Below, piece after piece: positions 1-12,295 of a DNA stretch of 64,000 nt. Where the stretch lies: contig CAVUKA010000003.1 of assembly GCA_963741945.1 (NCBI GenBank), positions 256,001 through 320,000 on the forward strand. The letters are read 5' to 3'. Position 1 is the first letter of the stretch; each line of letters opens with the position of its first letter. The notes under the pieces were generated by a model that saw only the letters and a program-made list of their open reading frames with translations, did not search any database and was not told where the DNA came from. The translations under genes were made by a program, and so were the position numbers. This DNA comes from an uncultured Gemmatimonadales bacterium (GTDB lineage Bacteria; Gemmatimonadota; Gemmatimonadetes; Longimicrobiales; RSA9).

Positions 1-872
1 GGGCTGCGCTGGAGACGGAGAAGCTCAGGCTGCTCGCGCTCGTCGGAATCGACCTTGACCGGACCGTGGAATTGACCAGCGACGTGGCCGTGTTCGAGCC
101 CACGTGGGACGAGGAGACCCTGGTCGCGGCGGCGCTCGGTGGGCACCCCGACCTGGCTGCGGCGAAGGCATCGCTGGAATCGGCAGGCGCGGGCGTCGGG
201 ATGGCGCGGAGCGCATACTGGCCGAGCCTCATGCTTTCCACCGGCCTGTCGGGGTATACGCGGCGGGTGGGGAGCGATTCCTACCTGCTGGATCAGGCGG
301 AACAATCCATGGTGGATGCGCGAGAGCAGTGCACCATCACGAATGACATCCTGGGAAGGCTCAGCCCTCCCCTCCCGGCGCAGGACTGCAGTCAGCTCCG
401 GCTGACAGATGAAATGCGAGGAAACATCATTGACCGGAACCGGCAGTTTCCCTTCCATTTCCAGACCGAGCCGGTGTCGGTCTCACTCGGCATCTCGCTC
501 CCGATCTTCCAGGGGCTCTCGCGGCAGCAGCAGCTGGCCACGGCGCACGCGCAGGCGCAGGATGCGAGGCTGCGCGTCCGCTCCGAGGAGCTGCGGGTTC
601 GCTCGGAAGTGCAGATCTCCTATCAGAATCTGAAGGCGGCATACAGGGCGGAGCAGCTGGAGGAGCGGAACCGGTCACTCGCGGACGATCAGCTGAAGCT
701 GGGGCGTGAGCAGTATCGCGTGGGCTCGGCCTCGTTCGTGGACCTGATGGAGGCTGAAGCATTGAAGGCGAACGCGGATCGGGCGTACCTGTTGGCGGTG
801 TACTCATTCCAGGAAGCGCTGACGGCCCTCGAAGCCGCCGTGGGCCAGCACCTGGCGACCCCCGAGAACTGA
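1..872 (+). CDS. TolC-family outer membrane efflux protein (5' partial)
   Basis: OEP-like helical repeats (SLGISLPIFQG; YRVGSASFVDL); first gene of an efflux operon. Confidence 0.85.
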   Translation, partial: AALETEKLRLLALVGIDLDRTVELTSDVAVFEPTWDEETLVAAALGGHPDLAAAKASLESAGAGVGMARSAYWPSLMLSTGLSGYTRRVGSDSYLLDQAEQSMVDAREQCTITNDILGRLSPPLPAQDCSQLRLTDEMRGNIIDRNRQFPFHFQTEPVSVSLGISLPIFQGLSRQQQLATAHAQAQDARLRVRSEELRVRSEVQISYQNLKAAYRAEQLEERNRSLADDQLKLGREQYRVGSASFVDLMEAEALKANADRAYLLAVYSFQEALTALEAAVGQHLATPEN

Positions 873-882
873 AGCGGATAGC

Positions 883-2187
883 ATGAAACGAAAGACGAAG
901 GTCATTCTTGGCATCGGTACCCTGGTGGTGCTGACAGGCGCTGGGATCGCGGGGGTCCGACGCGGCGGCGAGAGCGGCGTGGGTGTGCGGACTGCGGCCG
1001 TGGAGCGCAAGGACCTGGAGGGGGTGGTCCGCGCGAGCGGGTGGATCCAGCCGCACGTGGCCGTGGACGTCCAGTCCGACATCATGGGCCGCGTCACGGC
1101 GCTGTACGTGAAGGAAGGGGACGTGGTCGAGAAGGGTCAGGTCCTGCTCCGGATCGATCCCACACAGTACGAGGCCGCGGTGGCGCGAGCCGAGGCGAGC
1201 GTCAGCGAGGCGCTCGCACGGGAGGCGCAGGCGCGGGCCTCGCGACTTCAGGCGCAGCAAGCGCTGAAGCGCGCGAACGAGATCCGGGCCACGGACTCGC
1301 TGCTGATCAGCCCGCAGCAGTTCGAGGACGCCGCGACGCAGGCTGAAGTGCAGTCCGCGCTCTACGAGGCAGCGCAGCACGGCGTGGACATCGCGCGCGC
1401 GGCGCTCCGCGAGACGCGGGATCAGCTGGCGAAGTCGGTGATCCGCTCCCCGATCGACGGTGTGGTGACGCGCCTGAACATCGAGGAGGGCGAGACGGCG
1501 ATCGTCGGCACCATGAACAACCCTGGCAGCCTGCTCCTGACCGTGAGCGACCTTTCGGTGATGGAGGCGGTGGTGCGCGTGGACGAAACGGATGTCCCCT
1601 CCATCACGCTGGGGGACAGTGCCACCCTCACCATCGATGCCTTCCCTCGCCGCAAGTTCACAGGCAGTGTGACGGAGGTCAGCCACAGCTCGACCCTGGA
1701 CCCGAACACCCGGGGCGTGAGCCAGCAACAGTCGCAAGCGGTGGACTTCGAAGTGGTCATCACCCTGGACACCCCGCCCCAAGGGATCCGGCCGGACCTC
1801 TCGGCAACGGCCGAGGTGATCACGGACCGACGGCCGAACACGCTGGCGATCCCGATCATCGCGCTCACAGTGCGGGAGCGTAAAGACGTGGAGAAGCTGG
1901 ATGCGGAGCTCTCGGACGAGCAGAAGGCCGCGCTACGCGAGATGACGGATGCCGACCAGCAGGACGTGGAAGGCGTCTTCGTCATGCGGGGCGGCAAAGC
2001 CCGTTTCACGCTGGTGGACGTCGGGATCACGGGGCGTGAAGACTTCGAGGTGCTCAGCGGCCTGACCGCCGGGGATACGATCGTGGCCGGCCCCTACGAG
2101 GCGATCCGGAAGCTGAACGATGGAGACGACGTGCGCGTCCTACCTACGTCGGACGAGTCGGACCCGGAGACCTCGGAATCGGAGTAG
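883..2187 (+). CDS. Efflux periplasmic adaptor subunit (HlyD/MacA-like)
   Basis: N-terminal anchor, lipoyl-like [13 protein letters not shown], coiled hairpin, IRSPIDGVV. Confidence 0.9.
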   Translation: MKRKTKVILGIGTLVVLTGAGIAGVRRGGESGVGVRTAAVERKDLEGVVRASGWIQPHVAVDVQSDIMGRVTALYVKEGDVVEKGQVLLRIDPTQYEAAVARAEASVSEALAREAQARASRLQAQQALKRANEIRATDSLLISPQQFEDAATQAEVQSALYEAAQHGVDIARAALRETRDQLAKSVIRSPIDGVVTRLNIEEGETAIVGTMNNPGSLLLTVSDLSVMEAVVRVDETDVPSITLGDSATLTIDAFPRRKFTGSVTEVSHSSTLDPNTRGVSQQQSQAVDFEVVITLDTPPQGIRPDLSATAEVITDRRPNTLAIPIIALTVRERKDVEKLDAELSDEQKAALREMTDADQQDVEGVFVMRGGKARFTLVDVGITGREDFEVLSGLTAGDTIVAGPYEAIRKLNDGDDVRVLPTSDESDPETSESE

Positions 2188-2194
2188 GGTGATC

Positions 2195-2898
<704 letters not shown>

Positions 2899-2902
<4 letters not shown>

Positions 2903-4140
2903 GGCCTCGCGAAGCGATCCGCCTCGCCCTCGCGCAGATCCGTGCGCAGAAGCTGAAGAGCTTCTTCAGCGTGGTGGGCGTCATCATCGGCGTCATGTTC
3001 CTCATCGCGGTGATCAGCATCGTGGAGGGCATGAACCGGTACATGGAGGAGGACTTCGCCAAGACGATCTTCGGGCTCAACACTCTGACCGTCAGCCGCA
3101 CGCCGTCCGTGCAGATGAACACCAACCGCGAACAGTGGCGCTCGTGGATGCGACGGCCCCGGCTCCGGCTGGACGATGCCGAGGCCATACGGGAGGGGCT
3201 GGAGATTCCCTCGCTGGTGGCGGTGGAGAGCCAGAGCGGCGGCCGGGCCCGCTCCGAGCGCGGCGAGGAGGTGGATGGTATCTGGCTTACGGCGGCATCC
3301 GCGGACTACTTCCGGATCCGGGAAATGGAAGTGGACCGTGGGCGGCTGTTCGGCCCGCTCGAGGACCAGGCAGGCGCCCCGGTGGTCGTGGTGGGATCGG
3401 AGACCGCCGAGAAGCTGTTCGGTGCGCTCGATCCGCTGGGCCGGACGATCCGGATCAACAACGTCGCTTTCCAGGTCATCGGCGTGCTGAAGCCACAGGG
3501 CAGTCTGTTCGGCATGTCGCTGGACAACCGCGCCATCGCGCCATCGCGCTCCGCCATGGCACGACTGACCAATCCGCACGGCGTAGTCGACAACATCCTG
3601 GTGAAGACGGATGATCCCGCGGCGCTGCAGGCCGCCCGCTCCGGTGTCGAGGCGCTCATGCGGGTTCGCCACCGTCTGCGGCCGGGCGAGGAAAACGATT
3701 TCGAGATCGAGACGAAGGATGAGTCGATGCAGTTCTGGCAGAAGCTGAGCCGCATCCTCTTCATCGCCTTCCCGGCCCTCGTGGGGATCGCTCTCGTCGT
3801 GGGTGGGATGGTGATCATGAACATCATGCTCATGTCGGTGGTGGAGCGGACGCGGGAGATCGGCATGCGCAAGGCCGTGGGTGCCCGTCGACGAGACATC
3901 CTGCTCCAGATCCTGGTGGAGTCGGGAACCCTGTCCTTCACCGGCGCACTGCTCGGTATCGGGCTCGGCCTGGGCCTCGCGAAGATCGTTGAAGCGGTCT
4001 CCCCCATGCCGGCCGCGGTGGGCATTCGCTGGCTCGTGATCGCGGCAACCATGGGCGTGGTCGTAGGGGTGGTGGCGGGACTGTATCCGGCATCACGCGC
4101 GGCCAAGCTCGACCCGGTCGTAGCGCTGAGGGCGGAATAG
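2899..4140 (+). CDS. ABC transporter permease (MacB/FtsX family)
   Basis: [14 protein letters not shown] motif, C-terminal PVVALRAE. Confidence 0.92.
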
Positions 4141-4141
4141 C

Positions 4142-5392
4142 ATGCGGGTTCTCGGCGCGGTGGAGCAGATCCGGGAGGCGGTCTATATCGCCTTCGAGCA
4201 GCTGCGGGCCAACAAGTTCCGCTCCGCGATGACGATCCTCGGGATCGTGGTGGGCGTGGCCACGGTAATGACCATGAGCGCTGCCATTGCGGGGATCCGC
4301 GGCGAGGCCATGGCCGGGATCGAGGCCGCGGGGCCGAAGAACTTCATCGTGGGACGCTACAATTTCGTCGAGATCCAGATCAACGAGCACGGGCCACCCT
4401 GGGGCGACAACCCCAAGGTGACGGCCCGCGAGGCCGAGCGGATTCGTGAGCTGTCCCATGTCCGCACGGCCGTGGCCGAGGTGGTGAACGGGAGCGGCAG
4501 CATCACCGGACCGCGCGGTGGTGATCCGGTGAACACGGCCATTGCCGGGGAGAGCGAGGGCTGGGACGAGTTCACGATCGGCACGTTCACGGCCGGGCAC
4601 AACTTCCTCCGCTCGGACGTGACCGCGTCAAGGGCCGTGGTGGTGCTGACGAAAAAGCTCAGCGAGAGCCTGTTCGGCTCTCTGGATCCCATCGGCCGGA
4701 CAGTCCGGATCGAGGGGTGGCCGTTCACGGTCATCGGGGTCTACCAGACCGAAGGGAACCTGTTCGGCGATGGCGGCAACGAGTTCGCCGCCGTCCCGTA
4801 CACGGCGGCGCTCAAGCAGCTGAAGTTCTGGGACGGCATGCTGCGGGTGCTGGTGGTGACGGCGGACGGGTCCACGCAGGCGGAAGCCATGGACCAGGTG
4901 ACCGGGACCGTGCGCGGCATGCGCGGCCTCCGGCCGGCCGAACCGAACAACTTCGCCTTGATCCGGCAGGAGCAGGTCCTGGAGACGTTCAACAAGATCA
5001 CGGGCGTCTTCTTCATCGTGATGATCGGTCTTTCTTCCGTGGCCCTGCTGGTAGGCGGCGTAGGCGTCATTGCCATCATGATGATCTCGGTCACGGAGCG
5101 GACGCGGGAGATCGGGGTGCGCAAGGCGCTGGGCGCGCGGCGTCGTGAGATCCTGTGGCAGTTCCTGTTCGAAGCATCCACGCTCACCCTCGCCGGTGCC
5201 CTGGTGGGCATGCTCCTGGGCGGGATCGCGGCATGGCTCATCAGGACTCTGACGCCCATCCCGGCGGAAGTTCAGCCTGGCGCGGTGGTGGCGGCTACCA
5301 TCATGGCTGCGATCGCCGGCGTGTTCTTCGGGCTCTTCCCTGCATGGCGCGCGTCTCGCATGGATCCAGTGGTCGCGCTGCGCTACGAGTGA
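4142..5392 (+). CDS. ABC transporter permease (MacB/FtsX family)
   Basis: ERTREIGVRKALGA motif, C-terminal PVVALRYE. Confidence 0.92.
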   Translation: MRVLGAVEQIREAVYIAFEQLRANKFRSAMTILGIVVGVATVMTMSAAIAGIRGEAMAGIEAAGPKNFIVGRYNFVEIQINEHGPPWGDNPKVTAREAERIRELSHVRTAVAEVVNGSGSITGPRGGDPVNTAIAGESEGWDEFTIGTFTAGHNFLRSDVTASRAVVVLTKKLSESLFGSLDPIGRTVRIEGWPFTVIGVYQTEGNLFGDGGNEFAAVPYTAALKQLKFWDGMLRVLVVTADGSTQAEAMDQVTGTVRGMRGLRPAEPNNFALIRQEQVLETFNKITGVFFIVMIGLSSVALLVGGVGVIAIMMISVTERTREIGVRKALGARRREILWQFLFEASTLTLAGALVGMLLGGIAAWLIRTLTPIPAEVQPGAVVAATIMAAIAGVFFGLFPAWRASRMDPVVALRYE

Positions 5393-6114
5393 TGGCGGAC
5401 CTGGACCTCCTCGCCATCACGGCGCATCCGGACGATGCCGAGCTTCTCTGCGCCGGCGCCCTGATTCGGGCCCGCGACGCCGGCCACGCGACGGGTGTGC
5501 TCGACCTCACCGGCGGTGAGACGGGGAGCATCGGCACGGCCAAGTTGCGCGCCCGCGAAGCGGCGGCGGCCAGCGAGGTTCTCGGGCTGTCGGTGCGACG
5601 AACGGCGGGCCTCCCGGACAGCGCACTGGAGAATACGCCGACCGCGCGCGAGCGAGTGGCCGCGATCCTCCGGGAGCTGCGGCCAGATACGGTCATCCTG
5701 ATGTGGCCGGAGGGTCGACATCCAGACCACCGGGCCGCCAGCGCGCTGGGCTGGGACGCCTGCTTCGTGGCCGGGCTGCGCAATGCCCCGATCCCCGGTG
5801 AGCCGTTCCGCCCGCGCAAGGCCGTATACGCCATGGCGTACCGGGAGCACACCCCGCGCCCAGCCTTCGTCCTCGACATTTCTTCGGTGATGGAGCGCAA
5901 GCTGGAAGCGATCTTCGCGTACGCCTCGCAGTTCGAGGGACGGAAAGGGATGGGTGAGGTCTATCCCGGCGGTGAACGGGACCTGAGGGAACAGATCCGT
6001 GTTCACGCGGCCTACTACGGCGGGCTGATCCGGGCGGAATACGGCGAGCCGTACTGGACGCGTGAGAGCCTCGGCGTCAGCAGTCTGGTGGGGCTCCCCG
6101 TGGCGTCCTTCTAG
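5392..6114 (+). CDS. bshB1: Bacillithiol biosynthesis deacetylase (PIG-L family)
   Basis: AHPDDAEL, DLTGGE, RHPDH motifs; TGATG overlap with upstream permease. Confidence 0.8.
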   Translation: MADLDLLAITAHPDDAELLCAGALIRARDAGHATGVLDLTGGETGSIGTAKLRAREAAAASEVLGLSVRRTAGLPDSALENTPTARERVAAILRELRPDTVILMWPEGRHPDHRAASALGWDACFVAGLRNAPIPGEPFRPRKAVYAMAYREHTPRPAFVLDISSVMERKLEAIFAYASQFEGRKGMGEVYPGGERDLREQIRVHAAYYGGLIRAEYGEPYWTRESLGVSSLVGLPVASF

Positions 6115-6120
6115 CCCGGG

Positions 6121-6498
6121 TCACACGCACCGGATTTCGAGCAGCACCCGCCGCCAACTGGGGACGTCCTCTCCCGATACCCGCACCGCACGCGCCTTGG
6201 CAGACCCGCCACGGAGCATCCACGGGGCCAGCCAGAACCCGATCTCCGGAGGAAGGTGGCCGATCACATCGCCGGCGGGACCGTGCACCCACACGCCCGG
6301 TGTGTCTACGACCGGCGGATCCGGCAGCAGCGTGAGCTCGTCTCCCTCGCGGACGTCGTCGACACGGGAGAACCGGTCGCCGAAGACCGTTCCATGGACG
6401 GTGGCGAAAAAATGCGATGGTCGCTCGGGCGGGAGCGCTGGCCGCGTTCTGCTCTGTTTCACTGTCTGGAATATAGGGAGCCGGCCATGCATTTCCAC
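6121..6498 (-). CDS. HIRAN-domain-like protein
   Basis: TVHGTVF...EGDELTLLPDP...VWVH...IGHLP pattern typical of HIRAN. Confidence 0.65.
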   Translation of the reverse strand: MEMHGRLPIFQTVKQSRTRPALPPERPSHFFATVHGTVFGDRFSRVDDVREGDELTLLPDPPVVDTPGVWVHGPAGDVIGHLPPEIGFWLAPWMLRGGSAKARAVRVSGEDVPSWRRVLLEIRCV

Positions 6499-6611
6499 AC
6501 GCTGGGCACGCGGGCCCGAACGGCCCGGACGGGCGGGAATCCGGAGCCGCTGACCCGCCGGGGCTGAGGCGCATGGAAACCTCGATGGTGCCCGAGGGTT
6601 ATTACGCCCTC

Positions 6612-7754
6612 ATGAGCGACGACATCCTTTATCTCGACCACGCAGCGACGACACCTCTCCGTCCCGGAATCAGGGCAGCGATGGACCCGTTCCTGGACGA
6701 CCGGTTCGGGAATCCCTCCAGCACCCACTCCGCTGGACGATCGGCGCGCGCGGCGCTGGAGGATGCGCGAGAACGGGTGGCCGCGGTACTGAGCGCGGCT
6801 CCGGACGAGATCGTCTTCACGGCGGGCGGCACGGAGGCCGACAACATGGCCGTCCTCGGGCGGTGGCGTGCCGGCGGCGCGGGAGTGGCCGTTTCGGCCG
6901 TGGAGCACAGCGCTGTCCGTGAATCGGCCGCACAGGCGGCGCGGGAGGGCGCGGCCACGTGTACGATCGCCGTCGACGAGGACGGCCGCCTGGACCTCGC
7001 CGCCCTGGAGGAAGCGCTCGAGGAGCCGCTGTCGGTTGCGTCCGTGATGTGGGGGAACAACGAGGTGGGCACGCTCCAGCCCGTGCAACGCGCCGCGGAG
7101 CTGTGTCGCGGGCGCGGCGTCTCGTTCCACACGGACGCGGTCCAGGCGGTGGGGCACGTCCCGGTGTCCCTGAGCGAGGTCGACGCCGACCTGTTGTCGT
7201 TGAGCGCCCACAAATTCGGCGGCCCACGAGGAGTGGGCGCCCTGTTCGTGCGCCGGGGCGTGGCGCTGAGCCCGCTGCTGTTTGGCGGTGGCCAGGAGCG
7301 AGGTCTGCGACCGGGCACTTCGAACGTCGCGAGTGCGGTCGGTCTGGCCGTGGCCCTGGAGGAAGCCGTGGCGGAGCTGGACCGGGAGTCCGAGCGGCTG
7401 CGCGGGCTCCGCGACCGGCTCGAGCACGGGATCCTCTCGCGGGCGCCGGGCGCCGTGATCAACGGCGGTGGCACAGCGCGGCTTCCCCACGTCACCAGCC
7501 TGGGCATACCGGACGTTTCTGCGGATGTCCTCCTGGCGACACTCGACCTGGCGGGCATCGCCGCTTCCGCGGGTTCCGCCTGTCACAGCGGAAGCGCAGC
7601 GCCGAGCCACGTGCTCGTGGCCATGGGCCGCGCCCCCGACGCAGTGGTCCGCCTGTCACTCGGCTGGACCACCACGGAGGCGGACGTGGAGCGGGCGATG
7701 GACACGATCGCGGAGGTGCTGGACCGGGTGCGACCGGTGGCGGAAACGGCATGA
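6612..7754 (+). CDS. iscS: Cysteine desulfurase (IscS/NifS family)
   Basis: [16 protein letters not shown] (PLP lysine), AGSACHS catalytic cysteine. Confidence 0.9.
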   Translation: MSDDILYLDHAATTPLRPGIRAAMDPFLDDRFGNPSSTHSAGRSARAALEDARERVAAVLSAAPDEIVFTAGGTEADNMAVLGRWRAGGAGVAVSAVEHSAVRESAAQAAREGAATCTIAVDEDGRLDLAALEEALEEPLSVASVMWGNNEVGTLQPVQRAAELCRGRGVSFHTDAVQAVGHVPVSLSEVDADLLSLSAHKFGGPRGVGALFVRRGVALSPLLFGGGQERGLRPGTSNVASAVGLAVALEEAVAELDRESERLRGLRDRLEHGILSRAPGAVINGGGTARLPHVTSLGIPDVSADVLLATLDLAGIAASAGSACHSGSAAPSHVLVAMGRAPDAVVRLSLGWTTTEADVERAMDTIAEVLDRVRPVAETA

Positions 7755-8842
7755 CCGGGAGCGCGTCCGGGAAGGGAACGGTACTCGTTGCCATGTCGGG
7801 TGGGGTGGACAGCTCCGTGGCGGCGGCCTTGCTCGTGGACCAGGGATACCGCGTTATCGGCGCCACCATGAAGACGTTCTGCTACGCGGAGACGCCGTCG
7901 CACGGGAAGACGTGTTGCGGGCTCGATGGGATCATGGATGCGCGCCGCGTTGCCGACCGCCTGGGCATCCCGCACTACGTCTTCGACATGGAGGAGTCGT
8001 TCGGAGCCGCGGTCATGGACGACTTCGTCCGGGAGTACGAGGCGGGACGCACGCCGAACCCCTGCGTGCGCTGCAACTCCAATACGAAGATTCCCGATCT
8101 TCTGCAGCGGGGTCGCGCGCTTGGGGCGGACCGGATCGCCACCGGCCATTATGCCCGCCTCCGGCGCGGCGACGGCGAGCCCCCGGCGCTGCTGCGCGCG
8201 GCGGATGCGGCGAAGGACCAGTCGTACTTCCTCTGGGGGCTTCCAGCGGAAGTCCTGGACGTCATCCTGTTCCCGATCGGAGGCCTCACGAAGCCGGCCG
8301 TGCGCGAGCGGGCGAGGGAGCTGGGGCTATCGACGGCTGACAAGCCCGAGTCCCAGGAGATCTGCTTCGTCCCGACGGGTGACTACACGGACTTCCTCGC
8401 GGACCGCCTCGGGGCCGACCACCCGGGGCTCACGCCAGGGCGACTGGTCAGCGCGAGCGGTGAGGACATGGGCGAGCACGAAGGGTACGCGCGCTACACG
8501 GTGGGGCAGCGCCGGGGTCTCGGCGGCGGCTTCGAGCGCAGGCTCTATGTCCTGGGCACCCGGCCATCCGTGAACGAGGTGGTGGTCGGCACAGACAACG
8601 AGCTGCTCCGCGCCGATGTGGTGGTGGGGGATCTGAACTGGCTCGCGTCGCCGCCGGACGCCGGCGGGAGCGTTCGCGTCCGCCTGCGCCACCAGGGGCG
8701 TCTGGTCCCCGCCACCGTCGCGGGGCTGGATGGTGAAAGGCTGACGCTGCACCTCGGCACTCCCCAGCGCGCGGTCACACCGGGACAGTCGGCCGCGATC
8801 TACCGGGGGGAAGTCCTGCTCGGCGGCGGCCGCATCCGCTGA
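7751..8842 (+). CDS. mnmA: tRNA 2-thiouridine(34) synthase
   Basis: [40 protein letters not shown]. Confidence 0.95.
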   Translation: MTGSASGKGTVLVAMSGGVDSSVAAALLVDQGYRVIGATMKTFCYAETPSHGKTCCGLDGIMDARRVADRLGIPHYVFDMEESFGAAVMDDFVREYEAGRTPNPCVRCNSNTKIPDLLQRGRALGADRIATGHYARLRRGDGEPPALLRAADAAKDQSYFLWGLPAEVLDVILFPIGGLTKPAVRERARELGLSTADKPESQEICFVPTGDYTDFLADRLGADHPGLTPGRLVSASGEDMGEHEGYARYTVGQRRGLGGGFERRLYVLGTRPSVNEVVVGTDNELLRADVVVGDLNWLASPPDAGGSVRVRLRHQGRLVPATVAGLDGERLTLHLGTPQRAVTPGQSAAIYRGEVLLGGGRIR

Positions 8843-8899
8843 GGGGCGTTCGTCCCGAGGATGACGAAATCTCCCGTCCCCGGGTTCCGCCGCGACCGG

Positions 8900-9133
8900 T
8901 CAGGAAACGTCGTGCGCCGCGCGCAGGAGCGCACAGAGCGCCTCTTCCGAGGCCTGTTCCACTTCCTGCTCCACGTCGGCGGTGGCGCCATCGCGAGTGA
9001 TGGAACGCGGGCGCCGGTCCCGATCGGAGAGGCAAACGAAAACGATCTCGGTGCGGTCAGGGAACCCGTTCTCGCCGGAGGACGGATAGGCTTCCCACAC
9101 CAGCAGGTCGTCATCCTGGATGGTTCGAGTCAT
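8900..9133 (-). CDS. Small hypothetical protein downstream of dnaJ
   Basis: 77-aa ORF 4 nt after dnaJ stop, protein-like composition. Confidence 0.6.
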   Translation of the reverse strand: MTRTIQDDDLLVWEAYPSSGENGFPDRTEIVFVCLSDRDRRPRSITRDGATADVEQEVEQASEEALCALLRAAHDVS

Positions 9134-9137
9134 TGGC

Positions 9138-10268
9138 TCAGTAGCGTAGGTCGGCGGCTTCCGCGAACTCGCGCATCAGCCGCTGCTCGTTCTCGTCCAG
9201 CGCTTCCGGCACGGTGATCTTCACCTGCACGTACTGATCACCCCGCTTCTCTCCGCGCTCGATCCCCTGCCCCGGAATCCGGAACTTCGTGCCCGACTGG
9301 GTTCCGGAGGGGATGCGCAGCGAGACCTTCTTCCCGTCGACTGTGCGGACGCGGATCTTGGAGCCGAGGGCCGCCTGGGCGATGTTGACGGGAACAGTGC
9401 AGTGCACGTCCAGTCCCTTCCGGCGGAAGAAATGATGCGGCTGCACCTGAAAGGTGATCAGGAGATCGCCTGCGGCCCCACCCCCCCTGCCCCGCTCTCC
9501 CTGCCCCGAGAGCCGAAGCTTGGACCCCGTGTCGACGCCAGGCGGCACCTTCAGGCGGATCTGCCGCTCCTGGCGAACCTGGCCGCTTCCGCCGCACGCG
9601 TGGCACGGCTGTGCCGGGATCTGTCCCCGTCCGTAGCAGGCGGGGCACGGCCGATTGACGGCGAACCCGCCCTGCCCGAATGAAATCATGCCCGACCCGC
9701 CGCACTCCGGGCAGACGGTGGTACGCGTGCCCGGCTCCGCGCCGGAGCCGCCGCACACCGCGCACTCCTCCGTGACCGGAACAGTGATGGAAATGGCCCC
9801 TCCACGGGCGGCCGTCTCGAACGAGATCTCCACCGTGAACTCCACATCGGCGCCGCGCTCCGGACCGCTCCGCGGCTTGCGAGTCCGACCGAAGTCAAAG
9901 ATCGAGCTGAACAGGTCCCCGAGGCCCCCGATGTCGCCGAGGTCGTCCATGGTGAAGCGCGCGCCGCCGGGCCCGGCATGAGTCCCGAACCCGCCGGGTC
10001 CGCCCGAGCCGCCCTGCCCACTTCCGAAGCCGCCGAACGGGCCCATCTTCCGCATCTGGTCGTACTGCGCACGCTTCTCCGCGTTCGACAGGACGGCGTA
10101 CGCCTCCCCGATCTCCTTGAAACGCTCCGCAGCGCGAGGATCGTTCTGGTTGGCGTCCGGGTGGTACTGCTTGGCCAGCTTCCGGTACGCCTTCTTGATC
10201 TCGCCGGCGTCCGCTTTCTCGGAGACCCCAAGGATCTGGTAATAGTCCTTCGACGTCGCGGTCGGCAT
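9138..10268 (-). CDS. dnaJ: Chaperone DnaJ
   Basis: J domain with HPD, G/F-rich region, four CxxCxGxG repeats. Confidence 0.95.
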   Translation of the reverse strand: MPTATSKDYYQILGVSEKADAGEIKKAYRKLAKQYHPDANQNDPRAAERFKEIGEAYAVLSNAEKRAQYDQMRKMGPFGGFGSGQGGSGGPGGFGTHAGPGGARFTMDDLGDIGGLGDLFSSIFDFGRTRKPRSGPERGADVEFTVEISFETAARGGAISITVPVTEECAVCGGSGAEPGTRTTVCPECGGSGMISFGQGGFAVNRPCPACYGRGQIPAQPCHACGGSGQVRQERQIRLKVPPGVDTGSKLRLSGQGERGRGGGAAGDLLITFQVQPHHFFRRKGLDVHCTVPVNIAQAALGSKIRVRTVDGKKVSLRIPSGTQSGTKFRIPGQGIERGEKRGDQYVQVKITVPEALDENEQRLMREFAEAADLRY

Positions 10269-10275
10269 GCCCCCC

Positions 10276-10884
10276 TTACTCGCTCCCCTCTCCCCGACCC
10301 TCGTACTGGTAGACACGCACCCGCGCGGGCCGGATCAGGACGTCCCTGAAGCGGTATCCCGACTGCAGGACGTCGGCCACGTGCCCCTCCTGCTCGGGAT
10401 CATCCGTGGGCACCGTCATGAGCGCCTCCATGTCTTCCGGGTCGAACGGCTGCCCCTCGGCAACCACACGCTCGAGTCCGGCGGACTCGAGGACCGAGAT
10501 GAACTTCTTCTCGACCAGGCGGACACCCTCCGCGAGGGACTCCACCGTGGTGCCGGGCCCCGTTTCTTCGACTCTCTGCAGATCATCGATCCCGTCCAGC
10601 AGACCGGCGACCAGGTCGGCCTGCAAGCGAGCCGCCAGCAGCTGCCGCTCCCGCTCGTTCCGCTTCCGGTAGTTGTCGAACTCGGCCGCGAGCCGCAGGT
10701 GCCGCTCGTTCAGAGACTCCAGCGCCTCACTAAGCTCCTCCACTTCCTCCACCACGTCATCCCTTTCCACGTCTTCCGCTTCCTCCGCTCCCACGTTCGA
10801 CGCCTCATCCGAGGCGACACCGGGCGCGGCGTCCTCGTTTTCGGCGGCCAGTTCCTGCTCTCGTGTCGTTTCGTCCGTCATCAT
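10276..10884 (-). CDS. grpE: Nucleotide exchange factor GrpE
   Basis: [17 protein letters not shown]...LIRPARVRV. Confidence 0.93.
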   Translation of the reverse strand: MMTDETTREQELAAENEDAAPGVASDEASNVGAEEAEDVERDDVVEEVEELSEALESLNERHLRLAAEFDNYRKRNERERQLLAARLQADLVAGLLDGIDDLQRVEETGPGTTVESLAEGVRLVEKKFISVLESAGLERVVAEGQPFDPEDMEALMTVPTDDPEQEGHVADVLQSGYRFRDVLIRPARVRVYQYEGRGEGSE

Positions 10885-10927
10885 GTCGTAAGCTCAAATG
10901 GCAGGCGCACATCGCGCCGTGATCGGG

Positions 10928-10943
10928 TGCAATCGGGATGCCG
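10928..10943 (-). promoter_or_regulatory. Putative sigma-54 promoter of grpE-dnaJ
   Basis: CGGCATCCCGATTGCA with GG-N10-GC spacing, about 45 nt upstream of grpE. Confidence 0.55.
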
Positions 10944-10970
10944 CGGATCACTGCCGGAACGGCAGGCCCC

Positions 10971-11819
10971 TCATTCCAACCGATCCGTGATCCAGTCGCG
11001 GATCTCGCCGAGGACCCTGGCGCGGCCCCGCTCCTGGAGGACTTCGTGGTACATCCCAGGGAGGACTTCGACGCTCACGCGATCGGAAGGGAGGGAGCGG
11101 GCGAACGCCTGGTTTCGGGCTCCGTCCACCAGCCTGTCCTCTCCGGCGATCATGAAGTGGACCGGAACCGAGATCCGCTCGCCGCGTCGGAGTGCGAGCT
11201 CAATGGCTCTGGCGGCCTCGGTGAACAGCCGGGGCGTGATGGTCGAATGGATCTGGGCGTCGTCCCGGTAGTCTGCGGCGCGCTCATCGTCGTGCGTGAG
11301 GATGCCGGGGTCGACGCGGAACGGGAACGGAAAAGCGGGGAGCACGCGGGTAAGCACGTTCGCGAGCGCCGCCTGCCAGCGTGGTACGGGCATGGCGGTT
11401 CCCAGCCATGGCGAGGTGATGATGGCGCCGGCGAGCGGCGCATCGTACTCCTCCAGGTAGCGAATCCCGACCAGTCCACCCATGGAATGTCCGAGGAGGA
11501 AGAGGGGGAGGTCCAGGGGGAGCAGCCCCTGGACCTCGCGGCGGAAACGATCGAGATCCTGCAGGAGGACGTCGAAGTGGCGAACGTGCCCGCGTCGGCC
11601 CTCGGACGCCCCATGGCCGCGGAGGTCCATGGCGAATGTCGAGAAGCCACACCCGGCCATGTAGTCTCCCAGCTCCTCGTATCGGCGACTGTGCTCGAAC
11701 AGACCATGCACCACCATGATCCCGGCGCTGGGCCGCTCCGCTTCCCACGTGCGGTAATGGAGCCGCAATCGCCCGACGCCCTCGAAATAGCCGTGATTCA
11801 TCTGGACGGTGGTAGTCAT
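10971..11819 (-). CDS. Alpha/beta hydrolase (lysophospholipase-like)
   Basis: VHGLFEHS, DLRGHG, GHSMGG nucleophile elbow, HEVLQE. Confidence 0.88.
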   Translation of the reverse strand: MTTTVQMNHGYFEGVGRLRLHYRTWEAERPSAGIMVVHGLFEHSRRYEELGDYMAGCGFSTFAMDLRGHGASEGRRGHVRHFDVLLQDLDRFRREVQGLLPLDLPLFLLGHSMGGLVGIRYLEEYDAPLAGAIITSPWLGTAMPVPRWQAALANVLTRVLPAFPFPFRVDPGILTHDDERAADYRDDAQIHSTITPRLFTEAARAIELALRRGERISVPVHFMIAGEDRLVDGARNQAFARSLPSDRVSVEVLPGMYHEVLQERGRARVLGEIRDWITDRLE

Positions 11820-12295
11820 TCCGCCTCCTCCAGGAGGCGCTCCAGGAGGTCGAGGGCTTCGGATGCCGCCTCGATCCTCACGCGGGCGCGGTCCCCTTCG
11901 AAGTGGTAGCAGCGTGCAATCTGACGCTTCCCGAGAGCGGCAGCGATCCAGACCGTCCCCACGGGCTTCTCCGCCGTCCCCCCGCCCGGGCCGGCAATTC
12001 CCGTCACCGCCACGGCGGCATCGGCGCGGGCAGTCCGCAGCGCCCCCGCTGCCATCTCCCTGGCCACGGCTTCCGACACGGCGCCGTGAGTCACCAGCGT
12101 GGCCGCCTTCACTCCCAGCAGTCGCTCCTTGGCCTCGTTGGCGTACGCGACGATTCCGGCGACGAGGAACTCGGAAGCACCGGGGCGCTCCGTGAGCGCG
12201 GCGGCGATCATACCGCCCGTGCAGCTCTCGGCGAGTGCCAGGCGAAGGCCGCGCTCCGTGAGCGTCCGAGCGACAGAGGCCACGCGATCGATCAC
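11816..12295 (-). CDS. CinA C-terminal domain / NMN amidohydrolase (PncC-like)
   Basis: AESCTGG, GAVSEAVA, TGIAGPGGG, KPVGTV. Confidence 0.88.
   Translation of the reverse strand: MIDRVASVARTLTERGLRLALAESCTGGMIAAALTERPGASEFLVAGIVAYANEAKERLLGVKAATLVTHGAVSEAVAREMAAGALRTARADAAVAVTGIAGPGGGTAEKPVGTVWIAAALGKRQIARCYHFEGDRARVRIEAASEALDLLERLLEEAE

Noticed and set aside
6959..7750. Apparent long N-terminal extension of MnmA (627-aa ORF)
   Set aside because: Out-of-frame overlap with iscS; the real start is ATG 7751
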